From the IMG/VR virus record IMGVR_UViG_3300032030_004230: a stretch of 64,000 nucleotides of DNA. One strand, 5' to 3'. Source of the DNA: a virus. Its lineage: Duplodnaviria; Caudoviricetes. Below are positions 37,552 through 46,902 of the stretch, one piece after another; position 1 is the first letter of the stretch, and every line of letters begins with the position of its first letter. The translations under genes and the position numbers were made by a program. The notes under the pieces are model-generated. The model saw only the letters and a list, made by a program, of their open reading frames with translations, did not search any database and was not told the DNA's origin.

Positions 37552-38685
37552 TTACTGATTATTCAACTTATCGTAAAGCTTAAAAGCTGCATCGATTGTA
37601 TCGTCCATGTCGTAGTACTTGTATTCGCCAAGACGACCTGCGAAATAAACATTTTGCTCATTTTCTGCAAGTTTTTTGTACTCTTCTAGAAGTTTAGCAT
37701 TTTTCTCATTGTTGACTGGATAGTACGGTTCATCCCCAGGCTCAAACTCTTTTGAGTACTCAAAAGAAACTACAGTTTTGTTCTTCTTGAAGCTATCAAG
37801 ATATTTATGAAAATGCTTGTGCTCAATTGAGCGAGTGTATGGCTTGTCATGCGATGTGTAATTATAGACTGCATTTCCCTGCATATCTTGAATGTCAAAA
37901 GTCTTCACATCAAAATGAACAGTTCGCCAATCCAATGCACCAAGTGAGTAGCTAAAATACTCATCAATAGGGCCAGTGTAAATTACTTTGTCAGCAAGTT
38001 TGGCATAATCTTTGTTGTCTAAGAAGTTTTCACCAACAAGAGCTTCAGTATCTGGTCCAAAGAAATTATTGATGAGCTCATCATAGCCAAACTCAGGAAC
38101 ACCCTGAAATCTGTCATTGAAGTAATTGTTGTCATAAGAGAATCTGACAGGCAATCGTTTAATGATGTCAGGCGGAAGTTCTTTACAGTCTCTTCCCCAC
38201 TGTTTTTCAGTGTATTCTTTTACAAGCTTTCTATACACAGTCTTTCCGACAAGATTGATAGCTTGTTCTTCAAGATTCTTTGGATTGTCTACTTTATAAA
38301 GCTCAATTTCTTTCTCAATCCTTTCTTTTGCATCAAAAGGCGTCAATACGCCATTTCCAAAAATTTTTGCAAAAGTGTTCATATTGAATGGAAGATTATA
38401 GACTTCATCGTAGTAAACTGCAATAGGGGAGTTTATGAAAGGCCTCATACAGCAGTTATTGCAAACAATATTCCAAATGTCTTCATTGTCTGTATGAAAG
38501 ATATGAGCACCATACTTGTGGACTGGAATGCCTTCTACAAGTTCTGTATGGCAATTTCCACCAATATGGTCTCTTTTTTCAATCACAAGAACAGACTTTC
38601 CATGCGTGCGTGCTTGATACGCAAAAGCTGCATTAAACAATCCAGCACCGACAAGCAAATAATCGTAATGTTCTTTAAGCGTCAT
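37552..38685 (-). CDS. glf: UDP-galactopyranose mutase
   Basis: VGAGLF, HIGGNC, HKYGAHIFHT, YTEKQWG, EPYYPVN, GRLGEYKYYDMD. Confidence 0.95.
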   Translation of the reverse strand: MTLKEHYDYLLVGAGLFNAAFAYQARTHGKSVLVIEKRDHIGGNCHTELVEGIPVHKYGAHIFHTDNEDIWNIVCNNCCMRPFINSPIAVYYDEVYNLPFNMNTFAKIFGNGVLTPFDAKERIEKEIELYKVDNPKNLEEQAINLVGKTVYRKLVKEYTEKQWGRDCKELPPDIIKRLPVRFSYDNNYFNDRFQGVPEFGYDELINNFFGPDTEALVGENFLDNKDYAKLADKVIYTGPIDEYFSYSLGALDWRTVHFDVKTFDIQDMQGNAVYNYTSHDKPYTRSIEHKHFHKYLDSFKKNKTVVSFEYSKEFEPGDEPYYPVNNEKNAKLLEEYKKLAENEQNVYFAGRLGEYKYYDMDDTIDAAFKLYDKLNNQ

Positions 38686-39792
38686 TTATTTTTCCAAAAG
38701 AGAGAGCAAATCATCTACAAAGAACTTTGAGTCCATGAAGCGAAGATGCTGTCTCATATATGAAATAATCTCTTTCCTGTACTCAGGATCTGATTTTAAT
38801 ATTAACGCTTTATTTCGCACTTCTTTCTTTGAAGAAACTGTCAAGAAATCAGCGTATTTGCCTGCATATTCTGCAATCACATTTCTTCCATATTCTTCAA
38901 TAAAGAATGGAACTGTACCATAGAAAGCTGCTTCCTGAATACGAGCTGTCATAAAGCCCATTTCACAGTATTCTCTTTTTGCAAGAAGACAAGTTGCTAC
39001 AGCTTCACGGTAAGGCTTCTCAATTTCAGATGCAGAAAGTCTTTTGCGGAATTCAATTGTTGGGAACTCATGAACAGGGTCTCCATGTCCAGGCTCAAGC
39101 CAGTTTCCATGAACAATTGTACCGTCTGGAAGATACTTGTAGATACACCAGTCACGTTCGTATCTGTTTCCAATGTAAATCACATCAGCAGTGAACTCTT
39201 CAGGATTAGTGATAATCTCAGGAGCATTCTTCTCAGTCATTTCTGAGAAGTCAAATGGAATCTGAACTTTCTTTGCTGAGACAGAACCATCTTTCCATTT
39301 GTTTCCAAGCTCAATGACATACTTAATTCCAAATTTCTCAACTTCTTCTGAAGTAAGCTTGTAGTCAAGATCAAAAACTACAACAGGAATGCTGCGGGAT
39401 TTGCATTCATTAAGAACTTCTTCCATCTTTTCACGGTCATACTGAAAACCGTCTGGATTGTTTGCTTTTGTAGCAGGATCATTTCTGCCTGGGATAAGCC
39501 AACGCCACTCAAGAAGAACAAAGTCTAGCTTGTCCCAATCCCATTTTACAGCTGCAGCTTTTGTATAAGCTGTTTCTCTTGTTTCTGTTGCAAAAGACTT
39601 GAACAGCTTTGTACCAAGTTTCTCATAGCCTTCTTTATCCTGGTCAAGATAAAGTGCTACATCATAACCGCGCTTCTGCAATTCAGAAATAATGCTCCAA
39701 CTGTAAAAAGCATTTCCATCTGGTGTAGAGACTTCTTTTCCATTGCGGAACTTTTTGTCACCAAGAAAGCCCCAATAAAAATATCCAACCAT
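38686..39792 (-). CDS. GT-B glycosyltransferase resembling T4 DNA beta-glucosyltransferase
   Basis: DVIYIGN, KREY..GFMTARIQE, FIEEY, V.SKKEV...LKSDPEYRKEII parallel T4 BGT segments as I recall them (DVIYGG, KNYNDNFITLRVWE, IDEEF, LKHSDVLRKEML). Confidence 0.65.
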   Translation of the reverse strand: MVGYFYWGFLGDKKFRNGKEVSTPDGNAFYSWSIISELQKRGYDVALYLDQDKEGYEKLGTKLFKSFATETRETAYTKAAAVKWDWDKLDFVLLEWRWLIPGRNDPATKANNPDGFQYDREKMEEVLNECKSRSIPVVVFDLDYKLTSEEVEKFGIKYVIELGNKWKDGSVSAKKVQIPFDFSEMTEKNAPEIITNPEEFTADVIYIGNRYERDWCIYKYLPDGTIVHGNWLEPGHGDPVHEFPTIEFRKRLSASEIEKPYREAVATCLLAKREYCEMGFMTARIQEAAFYGTVPFFIEEYGRNVIAEYAGKYADFLTVSSKKEVRNKALILKSDPEYRKEIISYMRQHLRFMDSKFFVDDLLSLLEK

Positions 39793-39796
39793 ATTT

Positions 39797-40306
39797 CTAT
39801 TTCAACTCCTCAATCAGATTTTTGATTTTTTCAACTGTCTCATCAATTGTGTGATATGTGCATTCAAATTTGTAAGGAATGTTACTTTCATTAAAATACT
39901 GTCTCATAAGCTCGTTGCAAGCAGTCTGGTCTTTCCCATGTTCTCGATTGCTACGCTCAAGATCGCAAGGTGCGACTCTTACAAGAACTGTATCTTTGAG
40001 GTCAGACAAGACTTTATCGATTTTTTTGAAGTTTTTGAAAGAAGTGCTTGGGTCGTAATTGCGATAAAGCTGACCATAAATTGTATTTGACAAATGAAAA
40101 CGATCAAAAATCACTCCATTCTCTGGATAGAGCTTGTAAAGCGAAAGCATTGCAAGCATTGTAGACGTTTCACCCTCATCTGTCATTTCAGAGTACTTTT
40201 TTCCTTCTTCTGAATGCTTATAAATCTTAAATCCAGTTTCTTTTGCAAGTTTTTCGCATAGAGTAGTCTTGCCAACTCTGTCAATTGAATCTACTATGAT
40301 AATCAT
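39797..40306 (-). CDS. Deoxynucleoside monophosphate (thymidylate-like) kinase
   Basis: IIVDSIDRVGKTT P-loop and IFDRFHLS..YG. Confidence 0.8.
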   Translation of the reverse strand: MIIIVDSIDRVGKTTLCEKLAKETGFKIYKHSEEGKKYSEMTDEGETSTMLAMLSLYKLYPENGVIFDRFHLSNTIYGQLYRNYDPSTSFKNFKKIDKVLSDLKDTVLVRVAPCDLERSNREHGKDQTACNELMRQYFNESNIPYKFECTYHTIDETVEKIKNLIEELK

Positions 40307-40398
40307 TGTATAAGAATATTAACAGACATTAATTAATTAAATAAAAAAAAATTAGCAACCAGCTGCTTCTCCCTCCCTCTTATATACACTGATCGTCC

Positions 40399-40420
40399 CC
40401 ATTAATAGTTGACGAATTCG
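40399..40420 (+). repeat. Dispersed intergenic repeat, copy 4
   Basis: Exact 22-mer. Confidence 0.9.
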
Positions 40421-40491
40421 TTACTATACATAGAAACATAAAAATAAAAAATCTTGCAAGTAGCCAATCCTTTCTAATATAGCGCTCGTGG

Positions 40492-40513
40492 CCATTAATA
40501 GTTGACGAATTCG
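40492..40513 (+). repeat. Dispersed intergenic repeat, copy 5
   Basis: Exact 22-mer, 71 nt after copy 4. Confidence 0.9.
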
Positions 40514-40548
40514 AATGAAGAGCATTTAAGAGTTAATATTTCAATACT

Positions 40549-42525
40549 ATGGCATTCAAACTAAAACAGATATCAGAGAATACAAAGCCAAAAGATTTTG
40601 TAGCTCAAGAAGATATGATTGACTTCGTCATAAAAGACAGCTACACAGGTCAGGGTGATTATTATCTTTTCATTCTTGACAAAAAGCCTTCAATTGCACA
40701 GCAAGCTTCTATTATTAAGACAATTGAGCAATGCACTCACAATTATATGCTTGTTACTGCTGTTACTTGTCTTTTCAATAAAGCTACTCTCAAAGGCCAG
40801 GGCATTACAGAATTTTTTCAAACACATCGATCACCTTGGAGAAAGCTCGTAGACAAAAATGGTCAGCATGCAAAAGCAATTATGACATTTGGTGGTGCTC
40901 TATATTCTGCAAATGGAAGTGCAGATATTATGGTAGACGATTTTATGGCAGACCAGTTTGTCTATCCGTACTATTATCTTGGTCATGAAGTCTGGAAATG
41001 TGATACGCATATCTTCCCTGTACATGAAGTAGATGAGCTCTATCCTCGTCTCAAAGACCCTACAATGTCTAATGTTAATTACAAGACAAGATTCTTCTAT
41101 GCACAGCTTGACAGAATGACAAATGGCTCTAAATTGTGGACGCCAATGCTTGATGATGTTGAATGCATTGAAGTAAGCACAAAAGAAGACGCTAAGAAAG
41201 TTCTTAAAGAGAATATGGGTGCAAAGTTGCTTGCATTCGATACCGAGACAAATTCTTTGCAATTCCATCATGGAAAATTGCATTGTATTCAGCTTTGCTG
41301 GGACGGAATTCATAGCTATTTCTTCTTATGGGACCTTTTCAGAAATGATAAAGAAATGATCTCTTCTTTGTATGAGAATTTCACTTCTTGTGAAAGAATC
41401 ACAGGTACTAATGAAAAATTCGATATGGAATGGCTTTGGTATAATGGAGTCCCACTGTTTAGAATAACTGATGCTAGTGATATGATTTGTCATTGTTTGC
41501 ACTCAGACAGATCTAAAGGCTTGAAGCCGTCTTCATATTTCTTTACTCATTTTGGCGGATACGACCTTAAACTCGATAAATGGAAAAAAGAAACAAAATC
41601 ACACAACTATACAAAAGTTCCACCTGAAACCCTTAAGGAGTACGCTTGCAAAGATTCAGCGGCTTCTTGGCGTGTAACTCTTGAAGTAGAAGCTCTTATT
41701 GATGAAGTTGACAAAAGACTTCCAAATGAGAAGCCTCTTGCATGGACTTTAAGAAGATGGTATGAAATGATGATGATGCCAATTTATTCTGAGATTGCTC
41801 AGGTAGAATATAGAGGCATTTATATCAACATGGACCTCATTACAAAACATCGAAATCAGATGCTTGAAGATATTAAAGCTAAGTCGGAAGAACTTTGTAA
41901 AATCTGGAATCTTCCGCCGAACTTTAATTTTGGCTCTGCACCAGAAGTTGCGAGATTGTTTGAGCGTCTTGGATTCACAGATTATGGACGGAACAAGCAG
42001 GGCCTTTACCTTACTGGTGATGATGCAATTCAGCAGTGGATTCGTGAAGGACACACAGAGCTCAAAATTTTCAAAGAATTGAAAAATGAGAAGACTTGTG
42101 CTGGCGGATTCTTAGGGGATTTGGAAAAGAAAACGGGCTGGATTCCTTATGAAGCATATCATGAAGAAGACAATTCTTGGCGTATTCATCAGTCTTACAA
42201 AGTGTTCGGCACAACTTCCTATCGATTCATTGGAAAAGACCCGAACTTTCAAAACATTCCTACTCGTGGAAATTATGCTCCACTTGTAAAGAAATGTATC
42301 GATACGCCAACTGACAACTTGAACATAATCATTTCTGAGTCTGGTAAAGAGTATCATCTTGCAGATTTTGAACTGATTAAAGTAGTTGGTAAAGGCTACA
42401 TAAGAGCTGATGAGATTACTGAGGACGATACAGTTGACGAAAGTGATGAAGCAACTACAGTGAAAAGATGCTCTCTTACAAAAAATGGAGACTCCTGGGA
42501 AAAGCCTGACCCAATTTTCTTCTAA
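40549..42525 (+). CDS. polA: Family A DNA polymerase, N-terminal part (possible UDG-like domain, 3'-5' exonuclease, thumb); lacks motifs A/B/C
   Basis: Exo I AFDTET, Exo II NEKFD, Exo III YACKD, VEYRGIYI, GTTSYRF..DPNFQNIP; ends ~80 aa later with no DYSQxExR-like motif. Confidence 0.85.
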   Translation: MAFKLKQISENTKPKDFVAQEDMIDFVIKDSYTGQGDYYLFILDKKPSIAQQASIIKTIEQCTHNYMLVTAVTCLFNKATLKGQGITEFFQTHRSPWRKLVDKNGQHAKAIMTFGGALYSANGSADIMVDDFMADQFVYPYYYLGHEVWKCDTHIFPVHEVDELYPRLKDPTMSNVNYKTRFFYAQLDRMTNGSKLWTPMLDDVECIEVSTKEDAKKVLKENMGAKLLAFDTETNSLQFHHGKLHCIQLCWDGIHSYFFLWDLFRNDKEMISSLYENFTSCERITGTNEKFDMEWLWYNGVPLFRITDASDMICHCLHSDRSKGLKPSSYFFTHFGGYDLKLDKWKKETKSHNYTKVPPETLKEYACKDSAASWRVTLEVEALIDEVDKRLPNEKPLAWTLRRWYEMMMMPIYSEIAQVEYRGIYINMDLITKHRNQMLEDIKAKSEELCKIWNLPPNFNFGSAPEVARLFERLGFTDYGRNKQGLYLTGDDAIQQWIREGHTELKIFKELKNEKTCAGGFLGDLEKKTGWIPYEAYHEEDNSWRIHQSYKVFGTTSYRFIGKDPNFQNIPTRGNYAPLVKKCIDTPTDNLNIIISESGKEYHLADFELIKVVGKGYIRADEITEDDTVDESDEATTVKRCSLTKNGDSWEKPDPIFF

Positions 42526-42559
42526 TGTTAATTTTTACTTCAAAGGAAATCAGAGAATT

Positions 42560-43774
42560 ATGGAATTTACAATCAGTAATGAGAATTACAAAAAACTAAA
42601 AGAACTTTCAAAAGTTTGTAGCTCTTATAAAGCAGCAGACAATATGTACATTATGAAAGCATTTGAAGACAAGCTCTATGCAATCATTTATGAGAATGGA
42701 ACAATTGTAAAGTTCTCTGTAGATATTGCTAAAGTTGCAGATCCTGGATACTTCTATGTTGATATGAGCAAGTTTCTTCAGGCTATGGAAAATGTTTTCT
42801 TGTCTAGCAAAGAGAATGAAGCAATTATTGTAGTAGACACAAAACTTACAGCAGTTTCTGGAAAGTCGAAGGTCTCATTTCCTCTTCTTGATGATGCACC
42901 TACTGAAGAAGAATGCATTGAAGCTGATGAAGCATTTGACAAGCGAAAAGAGTATCTTTTTTCTGAAGACATTACTGCAGTAAATATTACAGAGACTGTC
43001 ACATCTTTTGCAAATGTAATGAAAAAGTATATCACTATTTTTGAGAACAGTGGTGGAGTTTCTGGAATTGCAGTAGAGCATGATGAGCTTAAGTACACAG
43101 ACCAGTCACTTTCAATTTTTAAAGAGCGACTCCCTGAGAGCATTTCTGATAAGCTTGAGATTATTCCAGTCTCACTTTTTCCTATTCTCACAACTCTTGC
43201 AAAAGTGAAGAACTTTGATCTTGTTTACTCAAATGATGACAAGTTTACAATGATTGAGATGCCTGAGCTCGGCGGATTGAGCATTATCTCAGCACTCCCG
43301 CTTGCTATTTGTGAGTTTCCTACTGAAGAAGAATACGCATACTTAGCACCAGACCCAGAAAATAAAATCACTTTTGATGTAGACAAAGCTGAACTTTATA
43401 CTAAGATCGATGCATTTGATGGAATTTTCTCTTCATCATCTTGGAGATGGAAGTCGGTAGACTTTACAATCAACTCAGATGACAAAGAAACTGTCAATCT
43501 TTCACATGCATCAGCTACTGGTCTTGTAGAAGTTGATCTCAAGATCAAGAATCTTGTCTCTAACACTGATGATGACGCGAAGTTCAAGATTTCAGTTTCT
43601 ATCTTGTATGACTTCTTGAAGAGTTTCTCTGGTGATAGTGAGACAGTTCATTTTGAGTTTACAAACATTGATCCAGACCCTGAAGTAGCAAACTCTTGTG
43701 GTATCGAAGTCGCATCTGGTGATTGCAAATTCTGGCTTGGAAAAGTAGTTCAAGAAGAAAGTCTTTCATTGTAA
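42560..43774 (+). CDS. Sliding clamp (DnaN beta-like)
   Basis: ~400-aa acidic alpha/beta protein with repeated architecture (MEFTIS..., linker EFP, FDVDKAEL), between polymerase and recA. Confidence 0.55.
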   Translation: MEFTISNENYKKLKELSKVCSSYKAADNMYIMKAFEDKLYAIIYENGTIVKFSVDIAKVADPGYFYVDMSKFLQAMENVFLSSKENEAIIVVDTKLTAVSGKSKVSFPLLDDAPTEEECIEADEAFDKRKEYLFSEDITAVNITETVTSFANVMKKYITIFENSGGVSGIAVEHDELKYTDQSLSIFKERLPESISDKLEIIPVSLFPILTTLAKVKNFDLVYSNDDKFTMIEMPELGGLSIISALPLAICEFPTEEEYAYLAPDPENKITFDVDKAELYTKIDAFDGIFSSSSWRWKSVDFTINSDDKETVNLSHASATGLVEVDLKIKNLVSNTDDDAKFKISVSILYDFLKSFSGDSETVHFEFTNIDPDPEVANSCGIEVASGDCKFWLGKVVQEESLSL

Positions 43775-43836
43775 AAATTCAGTTAATATCTAATTCTTAG
43801 AAAAGAAAAATAATTCAAATTAAGGAGAACATTGGA

Positions 43837-45009
43837 ATGGCAAGTGCAGCTTTTGCCAAAGCATTGGCAAACATTAACAAGAAAATGCCTGGTGTTGTAA
43901 AGAGCGCCAGGGAAGCAGCAAAGGTAAAGTACCTTAAGACAGATTCACCAAACTTCAACAATGTAATTGGTGGCGGTAAGGGAATTGCTATTGGTCGTAT
44001 TCATCGTCTCGGCGGTCCAGAATCTGGCGGTAAATCGACAATTTGTACTTACGCAATCTCACAGTTTCAGAAGCATCTTAAAGAACAGCATGGTCTGAAC
44101 AAGCCTTATTCAATTTATATCGACTTCGAGCGTACTTTCGATGTAGATCACGCTACAGACCTTGGAATGCTTTGTGATGATGACCACTTGGTTTATCTTA
44201 AGCCTGATGACATTGAGACTGCAGCAAATGTATGTGAAGAGTTGGTAAAAACAGGTGAGGTTGCTTGTATTGTATTTGACTCTGAGTCTATGGCTGCACC
44301 TCGTACAGTTATGGAAGATGAAGTAAACAAAGCAAACTTCGGTTCAAAAGCTAAAGCACTTGGAAACTTCCTTCTTCGTTTTGCAATTCTTTGTGCAAAC
44401 TATGAGACAACAATGTTCATTATTTCTCAGGAACGTGCTCAGACAAATACAATGTCACATGCAATTGCATACACTGGCGGATATATGCTTAAATATGCAG
44501 CATCTACTCTTTGTCGTGTACGCAAAATTGAAGAGATTCATGAAGACAACAAGTTTGTCGGCATTCGCATGAATTGCCGTAACTACAAAAACAAAACTGG
44601 TATCCCTGGTCGTGAATGCAATATGACACTTAGATTTGTCGGGGGATTTGACTCATTTGATGAGTATGTTGATCTTTGTAAAGAGTTCCAGGGCGATCCT
44701 CGCATGGAAGAACTCGTAAAAATCGGTGGTGCATATTACAAAGGACCAGCATTCGGTTCTATTTGTGGTAAAGAGAAATTTGCAGAATGGGCTCGACAGC
44801 CTGAGAATGAAGCAGAATGGAACAAAATCAAAGACTGCATTGACACAATCATGGCTGGTGAGAACGTAACTGACAGTAAAGAAAAAGACAATACAGATGT
44901 TCCTGCTGAATACATGGAAGATGAAGCTTCAGCAAAGCAGAAAGCTGCTGCAGAAGTAGACAACTTCGAAGAACGTGAAAAAATGCTTGAAGAGGCACTT
45001 GCAGAGTAG
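43837..45009 (+). CDS. recA: RecA/UvsX recombinase
   Basis: GRI..GPESGGKST, YIDFE, VFDS, ISQER, GGYMLKY, KNK. Confidence 0.92.
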   Translation: MASAAFAKALANINKKMPGVVKSAREAAKVKYLKTDSPNFNNVIGGGKGIAIGRIHRLGGPESGGKSTICTYAISQFQKHLKEQHGLNKPYSIYIDFERTFDVDHATDLGMLCDDDHLVYLKPDDIETAANVCEELVKTGEVACIVFDSESMAAPRTVMEDEVNKANFGSKAKALGNFLLRFAILCANYETTMFIISQERAQTNTMSHAIAYTGGYMLKYAASTLCRVRKIEEIHEDNKFVGIRMNCRNYKNKTGIPGRECNMTLRFVGGFDSFDEYVDLCKEFQGDPRMEELVKIGGAYYKGPAFGSICGKEKFAEWARQPENEAEWNKIKDCIDTIMAGENVTDSKEKDNTDVPAEYMEDEASAKQKAAAEVDNFEEREKMLEEALAE

Positions 45010-45033
45010 CCCATCTACTCCACACCATATTTT

Positions 45034-45062
45034 AGCTGAGCTGAAAGGCTCAGCTTTTTTTT
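45034..45062 (+). terminator. Intrinsic terminator
   Basis: AGCTGAGC/GCTCAGCT stem plus T-run. Confidence 0.8.
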
Positions 45063-45134
45063 GCACAAAGAAGCCTCTAGAAAAATGTTTTTGAATGCTT
45101 ACTAATTTTATAAACTTATAGGAGAAACTTTAGT

Positions 45135-45743
45135 ATGGCTGAAAACATCTTTTTGAAGCAATTGATTGATGATGCTGCAGATGCCTTAGACAATATGTAC
45201 GATGTCACAATTACTTTTCCTGGTGGCGATGAAGGCGCTGCTATGACAGTAAGAGCGACAGGATTTGATATTCCAGAGGCTGAGACTGAAGCATACACTG
45301 TAAAGTATAAGGGATCTACTTACTACAAACCAAAGTCTTCAATGAACTTTGACCGTAAGTTCTCTCTTGAATTCCGTGTTGATGCTGCATATAATGTTCT
45401 TGAAACATTTGGCAAATGGCATAGCTACACAGCAAACCCAGCTACTGGTGGTGTAGCAAATATTGCTGCTGCTCAAGGTACTGTAGAAGTAGTTGCATTG
45501 TCTACTCCTTTCACTGCTTATGGTACAGATGAGACTTCTGTTCTTGGAAATGTAGATGATAACGGCGTATTCAAATCAAATGCTAAGACTAAGAAATGGC
45601 TCTTTGAAAATGTATGGGCTGCAAAAGTAGGACAGCCTAAGTTCAAGACTGAGAGCTCTGGTGATCCTCACAAAATTACTGTAGACTTCTACTTTGGTCA
45701 GACACCTTCATTCCCTGGCTACACAGACGAAGAAAACAGCTAA
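45135..45743 (+). CDS. Tail tube protein (T4 gp19-like fold)
   Basis: NMYDV, IP..V.YKG, FRVD..W, W.FENVW, TVDF.F pattern; ACTAATT motif upstream. Confidence 0.7.
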   Translation: MAENIFLKQLIDDAADALDNMYDVTITFPGGDEGAAMTVRATGFDIPEAETEAYTVKYKGSTYYKPKSSMNFDRKFSLEFRVDAAYNVLETFGKWHSYTANPATGGVANIAAAQGTVEVVALSTPFTAYGTDETSVLGNVDDNGVFKSNAKTKKWLFENVWAAKVGQPKFKTESSGDPHKITVDFYFGQTPSFPGYTDEENS

Positions 45744-45752
45744 AAAAAAAAT

Positions 45753-45771
45753 GCCGCTCATTAAGAGCGGC
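45753..45771. terminator. Bidirectional terminator
   Basis: Same 19-mer hairpin as 23441-23459, between convergent genes. Confidence 0.8.
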
Positions 45772-45789
45772 ATATATTTTGCATTTTTC

Positions 45790-46395
45790 TTAAGACCATT
45801 TAGCTCTTTTTCCAAAGAGATTGATGATAGCTGCAATAACTTCTTGAGTAGTCTTTCCTTCTCTCAAATCATCTTTCATATTATTTACAGCTTCGATATA
45901 TCGACTTACAGTCTTGTCATAAACTTGCTTCATGTAATCGCTATTACCAAGAATAAGCTCATGCTTAGTATAAGAAACTACAGAAAGAACATCAGCTAGC
46001 GCAGCAGCTCTTCCTTCTGGAGAGGAACCTTCATTAAACTCGATAAGCCAGTCGGCCATTGTATCTGAAAGCATTTCTCTATTCACAGCTTCTTCAGCCT
46101 GCTCAATAGCAGTTTTCAAAGCAGGCACTCGTTTCTTGATAGGATGCGGCACATCTGAAATGAATACTTCAGAGAAGTCATGCAAAAGAGCCAAAGAAAG
46201 TGCTTTCTGCAAATCAAACTTAAAGTATTCATAAAGCTTTAAGACATATGTTGCTACAAAGAAAGAATGCTCCGCAACAGTTTCTGGATTGTTTACTGGT
46301 GCAATAGAATAGCGTTTGATGTCACGAAGCTTGTCTACATCTTCAAAAAAGCTGCATAAGTCTTCTTTAATCAAAGATTCATATTTATCACTCAT
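45790..46395 (-). CDS. HD-domain 5'-deoxynucleotidase (YfbR-like)
   Basis: IKRY..ETVAEHSF, LLHDFSE..SDVP.PIK, AD. Confidence 0.85.
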   Translation of the reverse strand: MSDKYESLIKEDLCSFFEDVDKLRDIKRYSIAPVNNPETVAEHSFFVATYVLKLYEYFKFDLQKALSLALLHDFSEVFISDVPHPIKKRVPALKTAIEQAEEAVNREMLSDTMADWLIEFNEGSSPEGRAAALADVLSVVSYTKHELILGNSDYMKQVYDKTVSRYIEAVNNMKDDLREGKTTQEVIAAIINLFGKRAKWS

Positions 46396-46870
46396 TAGCT
46401 GCTCCTTCTTCTTTTTCGTCATACGGAATTTGCTGGACAATCAGGCCACACTGTTTCAAAAGCTCTGGGCCTTTAGTATCTCTGTCGTATTCTTCTTCGT
46501 AGATAACTCGTTTAATGCCTGCTGCAACGATAAGTTTAGCACAGTTCGAACAGGGCGCAAGAGTTGTGTACAAAGTAGCTCCAACAGGAGAAACCTCATT
46601 CTTAGCGCACTCAGCAATTGCATTCTGCTCTGCATGAACTTCAAATGCATTGCTAAATTCACCGTGAACTTTCATAAAGTCTGGCTTTTTCATGTCAGAT
46701 GGCTTAAAGTAGTCTACACAATGACGGAGACCAGACGGAACTCCGTTATAGCCAGAAGAAATAATTCGATTGTTCTTGACTACAAGAGCGCCTACTTGCT
46801 TTCTACAACATGTAGAATGCGTAGACATCTCATAAGCAATTCTTAAAAATGACTTGTCCCAATCTTTCAT
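46388..46870 (-). CDS. dCMP deaminase
   Basis: STC..QVGA, GYNG, HAEQNA, PCSNC. Confidence 0.92.
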   Translation of the reverse strand: MKDWDKSFLRIAYEMSTHSTCCRKQVGALVVKNNRIISSGYNGVPSGLRHCVDYFKPSDMKKPDFMKVHGEFSNAFEVHAEQNAIAECAKNEVSPVGATLYTTLAPCSNCAKLIVAAGIKRVIYEEEYDRDTKGPELLKQCGLIVQQIPYDEKEEGAANE

Positions 46871-46902
46871 ATTAGCATATATTCCTTTTGATTGAAATTA
46901 AC

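Noticed and set aside
40399-40513. Two tandem 22-bp repeats as a mini CRISPR array
   Set aside because: Only two copies with a 71-nt AT-rich gap that repeats the semi-conserved flank; other copies are solitary; no cas genes in the window.
42290-42560. Group I intron, frameshift or complete intein interrupting polA
   Set aside because: Only ~35 nt separate the stop from the next gene; no downstream polymerase exon and no intein C-terminal HN motif in the window.
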